DNA of 34,007 nt, from IMG/VR virus record IMGVR_UViG_3300035422_000155. One strand, 5' to 3'. The DNA comes from an uncultured virus (IMG/VR IMGVR_UViG_3300035422_000155). Taxonomy: Duplodnaviria; Heunggongvirae; Uroviricota; Caudoviricetes. Both the position numbers and the translations under genes were made by a program. The stretch's first letter is position 1. Each line of letters starts with the position of its first letter. A model generated the notes under the pieces. The model was not told the origin of the DNA, ran no database searches, and saw only the letters and a program-made list of their open reading frames with translations. Below, piece by piece: positions 6,705 through 16,058 of this stretch.

Positions 6705-9584
6705 ATGAACCAGGTTGCGGAAGAAATGAAAGATATTCTCATGCACTATGGAACGCCACGGCATTCTGGACGTTACCCCTGGGGGAGTGGGGAAAATCCG
6801 TATCAGAGAAATGGCGATTTTTTAAGTCGTGTGGATGAGCTGAAAGGGCAGGGACTCAGCGATACAGAAATTGCCAAAGCTATGGGTTTAACCACAACCC
6901 AATTCCGGACACAGCGGTCTTTAGCTAAAGATGAAAGAAGGGCGTTGGAAGTTGAGAGAGCCAAGGCTCTTCAATCAGACGGCTACAATCCGAGTGAGAT
7001 TGCAAGAATGATGGGGTACAACAGTGAATCGTCCATTCGTTCTCTTTTGAACTCAGATTCTGAAGCTCGTATGAACCAGGCCAGAGTAACTGCTGAAAAT
7101 CTGAAACGGCAGGTTGACGAACATGGCATGATCGCAATAAGTGCCGGAACAGAACGATACTTAGGAGTCTCGCGAGAAAAACTCGAAGAGGCTCTTTATA
7201 TTTTGGAGCTTGAAGGATACAACCATTTCGGTGGCGGTGTCCCTCAGGTAACAAATAAAGGACAGCAGACAAACATCAGAGTTCTATGTCCTCCGGACAC
7301 CCCTTATAAGGAAATCACCAGAACATATACCGACAAGAACGGCGAAGTTCATGAGAAAGTCACAAAAGTATCCAGTGCAATCTACGATTTTGACAAGGTT
7401 CATCCGTTGGAAGAAGTTTGTGACAGTATTTCTTATGATAACGGTGATAGTTTCCAAAAAGGTTTTCATTATCCGACGAGTATGAATTCTGATAGAATCC
7501 AGGTTGTCTATGCTGAACAGGGCGGAACAAAGAAAGATGGAGTTATCGAGCTTCGCAGAGGCGTAGATGATTTATCGCTCGGAGATGCTCATTATGCACA
7601 GGTAAGAATTCTTGTTGACGGAACACATTATCTGAAAGGTATGGCAATGTATGCTGACGATCTTCCAGATGGTGTTGACGTTCGTTTTAATACAAACAAG
7701 AAAGAAGGAACTCCGGTTTGTGGTCCGAAGGATAACACCGTTTTGAAAACAATTAAGAAAGACCCTAATAATCCGTTTGGTTCTTTGATTAAGGAACATG
7801 GTGGGCAGAGTTTTTATGATGACCCGAATGGTGAGTTTACAGATCCAAAGACTGGAAAGAAACAGTCGTTATCTCTGATAAACAAACGTGCGGAAGAAGG
7901 GGATTGGAGTGATTGGGACGATAAGCTGCCGTCACAGTTTCTTTCTAAGCAGAGTCTAAAACTCATAAAGAACCAGTTGAGTTTGACAATGGCTGATGCT
8001 CAGGCAGAGTATGATGAGATTTGTTCACTGACCAATCCAACTGTAAAGAAAGTTTTATTGCAGTCCTTTGCCGATGACTGTGATGCAGCAGCAGTACACC
8101 TTAAAGCGGCGTCTCTTCCGAGACAGAAATACAAGGTCATCCTGCCGATTACTTCGATGAAAGATGACGAGGTATATGCACCTGGCTATGAGAACGGAGA
8201 AAAGGTAGCTCTTATAAGGTTCCCGCATGGTGGGACTTTTGAAATTCCTGTACTTACTGTAAATAACAAACAGGCAGAGGCAAAGAGTAAACTCGGTCTT
8301 GCTAAAGATGCCGTTGGTATCAATAGTAAGGTTGCTGAGAGACTTTCCGGAGCAGACTTCGACGGCGACACAGTAATGATTGTTCCAACTGGCAAGGGTG
8401 TAAAGATTACTTCCACTCCGCCATTAAAGGGATTAGAGGGATTCGATGGTAAGCTTGAGTATGGACATGATTCTACGAAGACTGACCCCGATGGAACGGT
8501 TCATTATTATCGTAACGGCAGAGAGTTCAAACCTATGAAGAATACTCAGACTGAAATGGGTATCATTTCTAATTTGATTACAGACATGACACTGAGGGGT
8601 GCTAAAGAAGAGGAGCTTGCAAAAGCTGTCCGTCACAGCATGGTTGTAATTGATGCAGAGAAACATGGTTTGGATTACAAACAGAGCGAAAAGGACAATG
8701 ACATCGCCTATCTGAAGAAGACATATCAGGGAACAACTGATGCTAATGGCCGTTATCATGAGGGCGCTGCGACTCTGATTTCAAGATCAAAGTCCCAACA
8801 GGAGGTACTGAAGCGTAAAGGAAGTCCTAAGGTAAATCAGAAAGGTAAGGACTGGTATGACCCAAGCAAACCGGAGGGGTCTCTCATATGGAATTCTGTA
8901 ACTGAAGAATACACCGACAAGAATGGCAAGGTTAAAGTAAGGACACAGAAGAGTACAAAGATGGCGGAGACTGATGATGCCCGTCTCATTATCTCTGATG
9001 CGGATACCCCCCAGGAAAGGGCGTATGCAGAGTATGCTAACCAGAGAAAGGACCTGGCCAACAAAGCCCGTCTTGAGATCATCAATACTGGGAAGATAGC
9101 CTACTCCGCTTCGGCTAAGGCTACCTATAAGGAAGAAGTGGACGGTATGCTTGCTGATTTAAACATAGCCCTGCGTAATGCACCTAAGGAGACTCAGGCA
9201 CAGATTATTGCGAACTCTAAGGTAGCTGCTATGAAGAAAGCAAATCCTGACATGACTTCTAAAGAGATAAAGAAGGCCAGCCAGCAGGCGCTTACTGAAG
9301 CCCGTATCCAGATGGGTGCAGAAAGAATTAAGGTACCCCTTGATGAAAAGAGATGGGAGGCTATACAGGCTGGAGCAATCAGTGAGAGCCAGCTTATTAA
9401 GATTCTTAATAATAGCGACATCGATGAGGTTCGGCAATATGCAACACCCCGCACCACATCAACGCTTAGCCCAGCCAAGGTCAATAAGATCGAAGCAATG
9501 CAGGCATCTGGTAATTATAGTATTGCGGAGATAGCCCAGGCTGTCGGCGTATCATCCTCTACAGTATCCAAATACTTGAAATGA
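6705..9584 (+). CDS. Single-chain two-barrel (YonO/cellular RdRP-like) RNA polymerase, probably DNA-dependent, with N- and C-terminal HTH-like motifs
   Basis: R505-F-P followed by LSGAD551FDGD (nt 8349-8369). Upstream D278-G and Q299VR...LK311G resemble first-barrel motifs of the RdRP/YonO family. HTH-like segments: LSDTEIAKAMGLTTTQFR, YNPSEIARMMG and YSIAEIAQAVGVSSSTVSKYL. Confidence 0.8.
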   Translation: MNQVAEEMKDILMHYGTPRHSGRYPWGSGENPYQRNGDFLSRVDELKGQGLSDTEIAKAMGLTTTQFRTQRSLAKDERRALEVERAKALQSDGYNPSEIARMMGYNSESSIRSLLNSDSEARMNQARVTAENLKRQVDEHGMIAISAGTERYLGVSREKLEEALYILELEGYNHFGGGVPQVTNKGQQTNIRVLCPPDTPYKEITRTYTDKNGEVHEKVTKVSSAIYDFDKVHPLEEVCDSISYDNGDSFQKGFHYPTSMNSDRIQVVYAEQGGTKKDGVIELRRGVDDLSLGDAHYAQVRILVDGTHYLKGMAMYADDLPDGVDVRFNTNKKEGTPVCGPKDNTVLKTIKKDPNNPFGSLIKEHGGQSFYDDPNGEFTDPKTGKKQSLSLINKRAEEGDWSDWDDKLPSQFLSKQSLKLIKNQLSLTMADAQAEYDEICSLTNPTVKKVLLQSFADDCDAAAVHLKAASLPRQKYKVILPITSMKDDEVYAPGYENGEKVALIRFPHGGTFEIPVLTVNNKQAEAKSKLGLAKDAVGINSKVAERLSGADFDGDTVMIVPTGKGVKITSTPPLKGLEGFDGKLEYGHDSTKTDPDGTVHYYRNGREFKPMKNTQTEMGIISNLITDMTLRGAKEEELAKAVRHSMVVIDAEKHGLDYKQSEKDNDIAYLKKTYQGTTDANGRYHEGAATLISRSKSQQEVLKRKGSPKVNQKGKDWYDPSKPEGSLIWNSVTEEYTDKNGKVKVRTQKSTKMAETDDARLIISDADTPQERAYAEYANQRKDLANKARLEIINTGKIAYSASAKATYKEEVDGMLADLNIALRNAPKETQAQIIANSKVAAMKKANPDMTSKEIKKASQQALTEARIQMGAERIKVPLDEKRWEAIQAGAISESQLIKILNNSDIDEVRQYATPRTTSTLSPAKVNKIEAMQASGNYSIAEIAQAVGVSSSTVSKYLK

Positions 9585-9603
9585 AAGGAGTGAATAAGGA
9601 TTC

Positions 9604-9852
9604 ATGGGTAGAGTTAGATTAACGACAGTTGATAATCCTTATGATCCATTTGAACAGTTCACTTCTTGGTTTCTGTTCGATGAGGAAAAAGGATACCATT
9701 CAGTGTCGTATCTTGGAAGAATTGCTAGGACTTCTGATGAACTCTCTGATGAAGAGAATAATCGTGAAGAAGAAAGAGCAATCGACGAGATAATAAAGTA
9801 CGATTTCAGGAACATTTACCGAAAGGTGAGAGAAAAAGCTGCAACTGTTTAA
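9604..9852 (+). CDS. Hypothetical acidic phage protein (82 aa)
   Basis: RBS 3' of the polymerase stop; LTTVDNPYDPF...W...DEEKGY. Confidence 0.75.
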   Translation: MGRVRLTTVDNPYDPFEQFTSWFLFDEEKGYHSVSYLGRIARTSDELSDEENNREEERAIDEIIKYDFRNIYRKVREKAATV

Positions 9853-10049
9853 CATTAACGGTTTCATTGACTGTAGCATCTTGTACAATCTTTCGGTTAG
9901 TGACAAACGATTCATGTCGAAACTTTCCTTTTGTTCGGTTCATTTGCTTTGCTGAGAAAAAGAATGTTCAATTTGTTTCATTTACTTTTCCAGTTGTTGA
10001 CAAAGAATGAGTTTGACAGTCTGATTTCATGGCTTTCCAAGTTTGAATC

Positions 10050-10260
10050 GATGTTAAAAGCATAAAAAGAAGGTTTCTGTTGCTTGAAAAAAGTTTTTTC
10101 TTACAAAAATCAACAAAAATAACATTTATCACAAATTTTTTTTGAGACTGCCACGCTGCCTTACCAGATTTTAAAGGCATAGGGGGAGGGTCGCCAAAAT
10201 GACACCCCCTCCCTCATCGCGGCGGTCTTTGTTTTTTCTCCGGGGGAGTTTTTTGGATTT
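10050..10260. other. Candidate DNA packaging/genome-end (cos-like) region
   Basis: Non-coding. A/T tracts, then G/C-run imperfect dyad GGGGGAGGGTC...GACACCCCCTCCC and CGCGGCGG...CCGGGGG, upstream of the putative terS, HNH and terL genes. Position-based inference. Confidence 0.35.
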
Positions 10261-10264
10261 GGGC

Positions 10265-10414
10265 TTTGATTTTTTGTGTGGCTCTTGAAGGAGCTTCCAG
10301 GGCTAGGCTTCCTCCTGCGGCTGTGGATATTCTTTCCTTTCGGTTTTCTCCTTTCGGATTGAATAAGAACTGGTCTTGGGAGTTCCTTCAAAAGTCACAC
10401 GATACATTATCAAA
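10265..10414 (+). ncRNA. Candidate structured RNA upstream of the packaging genes
   Basis: 10276-10306 pairs with 10370-10400: 24 Watson-Crick pairs, 6 G-U pairs and 1 mismatch. The loop carries CCTCCT, TTCCTTT and CTCCTTT. Confidence 0.55.
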
Positions 10415-10481
10415 ACTATAGCAAAACCTTCGGAGAGTAAAAAGAAACTACATAACTTCTAAACGAGAGGAGGCGGCAAGG

Positions 10482-10823
10482 ATGGGTAAAGCCAAGGCTG
10501 TAAGCTCTTCTGATTCTTCGAGAAGAATGCGACCGGCTTTATCACCGGAAGCCAGAGAGAATCAAATGATATCTTTGGCCATTGATCTTGCTGAGAAACA
10601 GTTAATGGAAGGTACTGCTTCTTCTCAGGTCATAACGCATTATTTGAAATTGGGGTCAACAAAAGAACGGATCGAAAAAGAAATTCTCGAAAGGCAGAAG
10701 GACTTGATAGAAGCAAAAACACAATCGCTGCAATCTGCGAAGAGGATTGAAGAAATGTATGGCGAAGCGATGAAAGCATTTCGGAGCTATAGCGGTCAGG
10801 GAGACTACGAGCCTGATGATTAA
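10482..10823 (+). CDS. Probable terminase small subunit
   Basis: First gene of the packaging module; helical/coiled-coil 113 aa; GGAGG RBS. Assignment mainly positional. Confidence 0.5.
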   Translation: MGKAKAVSSSDSSRRMRPALSPEARENQMISLAIDLAEKQLMEGTASSQVITHYLKLGSTKERIEKEILERQKDLIEAKTQSLQSAKRIEEMYGEAMKAFRSYSGQGDYEPDD

Positions 10824-11229
10824 AACATATTCAGAGCTTATCCGGATACCGACTTTTGAAGAGCGTTATCAGTATCTCCGTCTTTTGGGAACAGTGGGAG
10901 AAGAAACGTTCGGCTTCAAGAGATGGCTCAATCAGGAATTCTACCATTCAAACGAGTGGCAGAAATTTCGCAATGAGATTATTGTTCGTGACAACGGATG
11001 TGACTTAGGTGTTGAAGGATTTCAAATCTTCGGTTCTATTATCATTCATCACATCAATCCAATAACCTATGAGGATATTGTCAACAACAATCCATGTGTA
11101 TTTGATCCGAATAATGTTGTCTGCACAAAGCACACCACACATAACGCCATTCACTATGGCGATGAGAAACTTCTAAGTAGACCCCTGATTGAAAGAACAA
11201 AAAATGATACATGCCCTTGGAGGCATTAG
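10816..11229 (+). CDS. HNH endonuclease (terminase-associated type)
   Basis: W...R..II.RDNGC...IHHINP...NVVC....THNAIH. Confidence 0.85.
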   Translation: MIKTYSELIRIPTFEERYQYLRLLGTVGEETFGFKRWLNQEFYHSNEWQKFRNEIIVRDNGCDLGVEGFQIFGSIIIHHINPITYEDIVNNNPCVFDPNNVVCTKHTTHNAIHYGDEKLLSRPLIERTKNDTCPWRH

Positions 11230-11245
11230 GAAAAGGAGAAGAATT

Positions 11246-11488
11246 ATGGATAACAAAAAAATTGCTGGTATGAGAATTGGCGAGCCTATTATCGGACATG
11301 TGGTTGATTGTACAAAGCTCAATGTCCGTAAAGATCCGGATGCGGATGCGGAGATTCTTGGCACGATTCCTGCCGGAGCAGAGGTAATGATTGATGAAAG
11401 CGAATCCACAGATGATTTCTACAATGTCTGTGCGGCTTCCGGATTTGAAGGATTCTGTGTGAAACGGTTTATCGCAGTCGAGGAGTAA
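11246..11488 (+). CDS. Stand-alone SH3b-like protein (80 aa)
   Basis: LNVRKDP...AEILGTI..G.EV.I......FY.V....G.EGF; AAGGAG RBS before ATG 11246. Confidence 0.7.
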   Translation: MDNKKIAGMRIGEPIIGHVVDCTKLNVRKDPDADAEILGTIPAGAEVMIDESESTDDFYNVCAASGFEGFCVKRFIAVEE

Positions 11489-11500
11489 AGGAGAGAAATT

Positions 11501-11845
11501 ATGGAGGAGAGCATACTGACATCAATTAAGAAACTTCTCGGAATCGCGGAAGAGTATAAGCAGTTCGATGCTGACATTATTATGCACATCAATTCTGTGT
11601 TTTCAATTTTAACTCAGCTTGGTGTTGGCCCCTCCAATGGCTTTTCGATTCAGGACGAAGATAGAGGATGGCATGATTTTATCGGCGAAGACAATAAGAT
11701 CGAGATGGTAAAGAGCTATATACATTTAAAGGTTAAACTCCTTTTCGATCCGCCGCTCAGTTCCGCGGTTATTGAAGCAATTAACCAAATGATTAAAGAA
11801 TTAGAATGGCGGCTAAACGTTGCGGTCGATCCATCGGAGCAGTAA
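11501..11845 (+). CDS. Probable head-tail adaptor/connector
   Basis: SILTSIKKLLGI....FD.DII.HIN helical pattern, like gp6/gp15-type connectors; no other adaptor candidate follows the capsid gene. Confidence 0.55.
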   Translation: MEESILTSIKKLLGIAEEYKQFDADIIMHINSVFSILTQLGVGPSNGFSIQDEDRGWHDFIGEDNKIEMVKSYIHLKVKLLFDPPLSSAVIEAINQMIKELEWRLNVAVDPSEQ

Positions 11846-11860
11846 AGGAGGTAATTCAAA

Positions 11861-12397
11861 ATGATAAATAAAGAACTTTATCATCATGGGGTATTAGGCC
11901 AGAAATGGGGTGTTCGCCGCTATCAGAATAAAGACGGCACTTTGACGGCGGCTGGAAGAAACCGTAAAACAAATACTGAACCGGAACAACGGGAAAGAAA
12001 TACCAAACTTGTGAAAAGGGTTGCAGCGGCTACAATTATGACAGCTACTGTTGCGGCGGGAACCGTATATGCGGCAAAGCATCCTGAAAAAATAGCAAGT
12101 GTGGTAAACAAAGTAAAAAACATCAAGATGAAAGATCTTTCTCAGCAGGCTGTTGAAAAAGGTAAAAACTATGTCAAGACAGCTATTAAGGAAGCGTCTA
12201 CCGGTGTCAAGGAAGGAGTAAAAGAAAGTATCAAAGAAGCTCCGAAGAAAGCGACGAAGGCGATCATAACCGGTGCCGTTTTAAATCAGGCGAAACGTGC
12301 GCTGGATAAGGCTGTCGGGGAAGATGAATCAACCAGAATTTTCCAGGCAAACGACAATAAGAAAATAGGAAAGTTTTGGAAAACAAATAGCGATTAA
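11861..12397 (+). CDS. Basic protein with N-terminal 'LxHHGxxGxKWGVRR' motif; putative virion-associated protein
   Basis: ELYHHGVLGQKWGVRRYQNKDGTLT; Lys-rich, with a hydrophobic Ala/Thr-rich stretch. Confidence 0.75.
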   Translation: MINKELYHHGVLGQKWGVRRYQNKDGTLTAAGRNRKTNTEPEQRERNTKLVKRVAAATIMTATVAAGTVYAAKHPEKIASVVNKVKNIKMKDLSQQAVEKGKNYVKTAIKEASTGVKEGVKESIKEAPKKATKAIITGAVLNQAKRALDKAVGEDESTRIFQANDNKKIGKFWKTNSD

Positions 12398-12411
12398 AGG
12401 AGAATAAGTTT

Positions 12412-14157
12412 ATGGCGTTATCGAATACTGCCGTTCCGAAATACTACGGCATGTTTCGCGATGCCGTACTTAGAGGTCGGATTCCAATCTGTCATGAGAT
12501 AGAAATGGAGATGCAACGAATCGATGAACTGATTGCTGATCGCGGAATCTATTACGATGACGAGGCTGTTGAGGGGTGGATTCGTTATTGCGAGGGAGAA
12601 CTTACACTCACTGATGGTTCTGACCTCGTCCTGCTTGATTCATTTAAGCTATGGGCAGAACAGATTTTCGGATGGTATTACTACGAAGAAAGAAGCATCT
12701 ATGAACCGAATTCTGATGGGCATGGTGGACACTATGTCAATAAGTGGATAAAGAAACGGCTTATCAACAAGCAATATCTTATCGTTGGTAGAGGAGCTTC
12801 CAAATCATTGTACGAGTCATGTATTCAGAGTTACTTTCTCAACATAGATACTTCGACAACGTATCAGATGACTACGGCTCCGACGATGAAACAGGCGGAG
12901 GAAGTAATGTCTCCAATAAGAACAGCAATCACCCGTTCAAGGGGTCCGCTGTTTGCATTTCTGACCGAGGGTTCGTTGCAGAATACCACAGGTTCAAAAG
13001 CCAATCGAATGAAACTTGCATCCACCAAAAAGGGAATTGAAAATTTTCTTACCGGCTCGCTGTTGGAGATACGTCCCATGTCCATTGACAAGCTTCAGGG
13101 GATGAGACCTAAATCATCAACGATTGATGAGTGGCTTTCCGGTGATGTACGGGAAGATGTTGTCGGCGCTATTGAGCAGGGCGCATCTAAAGTTGATGAT
13201 TGGTTGATTGTTGCTGTGAGTTCCGAAGGCACAGTTCGTAACGGAAGCGGTGATACAATCAAAATGGAATTGATGAAAATTCTGAAAGGTGAGTATCGCG
13301 ACATTCATACTTCCATATGGTGGTATAAGTTGGATTCTGTCGATGAAGTTGGCAATCCTGATATGTGGCTGAAAGCAAATCCTAATCTCGGTATCACCGT
13401 CACATATGATACATACCAGAGAGATGTGGAAAGAGCTGAAAATGCTCCTGCGGCAAGGAATGATATTCTTGCAAAACGTTTCGGTCTTCCGATGGAGGGT
13501 TATACCTATTATTTCACATATGAAGAAACCCTTCCACATCGCAAAAGAGAATACTGGCAAATGCCATGTTCTATGGGTGGGGATTTATCGAGAGGTGATG
13601 ACTTCTGCGATTTTACATTTCTTTTTCCACTTTCTGGTGGGGCATTTGGTGTCAAAACAAGAGCTTACATTTCTGAATTAACTCTTATGAAACTCCCGGC
13701 AGCATTAAGAATCAAATATGATCAATTCATAAAAGAAGGCAGTCTTATCGTTATGGAAGGTACTGTTCTGGATATGATGCTTGTATATGAAGACCTTGAC
13801 GAGTACATTATCAAGAGCGGGTATGATATTCGTTGTTTCGGATACGATCCTTATAATGCGAAAGAGTTCGTTGAGAGATGGGCTTCTGAGAATGGACCGT
13901 TTGGAATCGAAAAAGTAATTCAAGGAGCAAAAACAGAATCAGTTCCTTTGGGCGAGTTGAAAAAATTATCTGAGGAACGGATGCTGGTGTTCGATGAAGA
14001 GCTTATGACTTTCTGCATGGGAAACTGTATTACATTGGAAGATACCAACGGAAACAGAAAACTGTATAAGAAACGCGGTGATCAGAAGATTGACGCTGTT
14101 GCTGCTATGATGGACGCATACATAGCGTATAAACTTAACAGAGATGCTTTTGAGTAA
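12412..14157 (+). CDS. terL: Terminase large subunit
   Basis: Walker A VGRGASKS, Walker B STIDE, W.KANPNLG, nuclease GGDLS...D, YDPYNA and KIDAVAA. Confidence 0.95.
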   Translation: MALSNTAVPKYYGMFRDAVLRGRIPICHEIEMEMQRIDELIADRGIYYDDEAVEGWIRYCEGELTLTDGSDLVLLDSFKLWAEQIFGWYYYEERSIYEPNSDGHGGHYVNKWIKKRLINKQYLIVGRGASKSLYESCIQSYFLNIDTSTTYQMTTAPTMKQAEEVMSPIRTAITRSRGPLFAFLTEGSLQNTTGSKANRMKLASTKKGIENFLTGSLLEIRPMSIDKLQGMRPKSSTIDEWLSGDVREDVVGAIEQGASKVDDWLIVAVSSEGTVRNGSGDTIKMELMKILKGEYRDIHTSIWWYKLDSVDEVGNPDMWLKANPNLGITVTYDTYQRDVERAENAPAARNDILAKRFGLPMEGYTYYFTYEETLPHRKREYWQMPCSMGGDLSRGDDFCDFTFLFPLSGGAFGVKTRAYISELTLMKLPAALRIKYDQFIKEGSLIVMEGTVLDMMLVYEDLDEYIIKSGYDIRCFGYDPYNAKEFVERWASENGPFGIEKVIQGAKTESVPLGELKKLSEERMLVFDEELMTFCMGNCITLEDTNGNRKLYKKRGDQKIDAVAAMMDAYIAYKLNRDAFE

Positions 14158-14174
14158 TCTTTGACAAAATTACG

Positions 14175-14202
14175 GAACCAATATCGGTTCTTTTTTATGC
14201 CT
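14175..14202 (+). terminator. Terminator-like hairpin, copy 1
   Basis: GAACC-AATATC-GGTTC-TTTTTT-ATGCCT. Confidence 0.55.
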
Positions 14203-14227
14203 AAAAATTGATAAGGAGGTGAGTGCG

Positions 14228-14677
14228 TTGTCTGAGCTTCAACATCATGGAATTCTTGGAATGAAGTGGGGAATTCGGCGAACCTCAGCACAGCTTGGAA
14301 ATCTTAGCAAAAAAGATTCAAACTGGATTGCCAAAAAGAGCGACAAGATTACAGCGCAGGCTGAGAAGAAAACTTCCAGGGAACTTAACAAGTATGCTAA
14401 TGAGCTGTTGAAGAACCCTGACGCAGTTACAAAGTCAGGTAAGCTGAGTTCTGCGACAATAACCGCATATAACCGGAAGAAAGCCGAACTTATGAGTCAG
14501 TCGGTATCAAGTCTACGTTCTCCGTCCGGAAAAGTTGTCCAGTTTGTAGCGAAGCGTGGAGAGGTGGGGGTTATGATGGCGCTCGCCGACGAAGGTTATA
14601 ACATATCGCAGTTGAAAAACGGAGTATGGTCATCCGGAAGAGTGGCTTATAAGAAAACCGTTTTGGATAAAGCATAG
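14228..14677 (+). CDS. Second basic 'LxHHGxxGxKWGxRR' protein; putative virion-associated protein
   Basis: TTG start 8 nt after AAGGAGG (GTG 14219 is the alternative): MSELQHHGILGMKWGIRR. Confidence 0.75.
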   Translation: MSELQHHGILGMKWGIRRTSAQLGNLSKKDSNWIAKKSDKITAQAEKKTSRELNKYANELLKNPDAVTKSGKLSSATITAYNRKKAELMSQSVSSLRSPSGKVVQFVAKRGEVGVMMALADEGYNISQLKNGVWSSGRVAYKKTVLDKA

Positions 14678-14690
14678 GGGGTGATCATAA

Positions 14691-16058
14691 ATGGACTTTG
14701 CATTTGGTTCCAGGCTGAAACATGCTTGGAATGCTTTTACAAGCAATAAAGATCCAACGAGGGCTTATATGGACATAGGCAGCGGTTATGGGTACAGACC
14801 GGACCGTCCAAGATTCTCCATGGGAAATGAACGGTCAATCGTTACATCTGTTTTTAACCGTATTGCGCTGGACGTAGCGGCGATTGATATAAAACACGTC
14901 CGTTTGGATAAGAATGGGCGGTTTCTTGAAACCATTGATTCCGCGTTTAATAACTGTCTGTCATTAGAGGCAAATCTGGATCAGACAGGTCGTGCATTTA
15001 TACAGGATGCAGTTATGTCATTATTGGATGAAGGATGTGTGGCCCTTGTTCCGGTGGACACCGATGATGACCCGGAATGGGGACAGCCTGGTTCTTTTGA
15101 CATTGATTCTCTTAGGGTTGCCAAGATACTGGAATGGTATCCCGCCCATGTTCGGCTTCGTATTTACAATGAGCAGACAGGGGAAAAGGAGGATATCGTT
15201 CTTCCGAAAAGGGTTGTCTGCATAATTGAGAATCCGCTTTATGCCGTAATCAACGAGCCGAACTCGACTATGAAACGCTTGGTAAGAAAATTAAGTTTGC
15301 TGGATGTGACAGATGAACAAACGGCTTCCGGTAAGCTCGATTTGATTATTCAGCTTCCATATGTAATTAAGACAGAAGCCCGGAGAAAGCAGGCAGAAAG
15401 CAGGAGAAGGGATATCGAGCAGCAGTTAGCCGGTTCCAAGTATGGAATTGCATATACGGATGGCACGGAACACATTACTCAGTTGAACCGTTCTCTTGAG
15501 AACAATCTTATGAAGCAGATTGAGTATTTGACATCGTTGCTGTTCAGCCAGCTTGGTATTACCCAGAGTATTCTCGATGGTACTGCTGACGAGAAGACGA
15601 TGCTCAATTATTACAGCAGGACGATAGAGCCCATCGTATCTGCGATCGTGGATGAGATGAAGCGGAAATTCCTTACCAAAACCGCCAGATCCCAGAAGCA
15701 GGACATTATGTATTTCAGAGATCCATTTAAGCTTGTTCCGGTAGACAGCATTGCTGAAATCGCTGACAAGTTTACAAGAAATGAAATCATGACATCCAAC
15801 GAAATCAGGCAGGTTATCGGTATGCGTCCATCCTCTGATCCGAAAGCGGATGAGTTGGTGAACAGTAATATCAGCCAGCCGAATGGGAGCAGTCCGACTG
15901 AGCAGGATTCCCAGGTTGATGAATCTGGCGGTGGAGAAGAAAGCGAAGTGGACTCCATTGTGAATGATTTGTTCAATAGTCTGGAAGAACAGATAAACTC
16001 CATAATCGACGGATATATGTCTGGAGACGAAGAGGAGGTGGAAGACGATGACGGATAA
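14691..16058 (+). CDS. Portal protein (HK97-type)
   Basis: Lies between terL and the protease-capsid gene; NRIALDVA and IMTSNEIRQVIG..P motifs; acidic C-terminal tail. Confidence 0.9.
   Translation: MDFAFGSRLKHAWNAFTSNKDPTRAYMDIGSGYGYRPDRPRFSMGNERSIVTSVFNRIALDVAAIDIKHVRLDKNGRFLETIDSAFNNCLSLEANLDQTGRAFIQDAVMSLLDEGCVALVPVDTDDDPEWGQPGSFDIDSLRVAKILEWYPAHVRLRIYNEQTGEKEDIVLPKRVVCIIENPLYAVINEPNSTMKRLVRKLSLLDVTDEQTASGKLDLIIQLPYVIKTEARRKQAESRRRDIEQQLAGSKYGIAYTDGTEHITQLNRSLENNLMKQIEYLTSLLFSQLGITQSILDGTADEKTMLNYYSRTIEPIVSAIVDEMKRKFLTKTARSQKQDIMYFRDPFKLVPVDSIAEIADKFTRNEIMTSNEIRQVIGMRPSSDPKADELVNSNISQPNGSSPTEQDSQVDESGGGEESEVDSIVNDLFNSLEEQINSIIDGYMSGDEEEVEDDDG

Noticed and set aside
10816..11229. HNH as a mobile homing endonuclease or intron
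   Set aside because: It is short, overlaps the putative terS stop and interrupts no gene, which fits a packaging-associated HNH.
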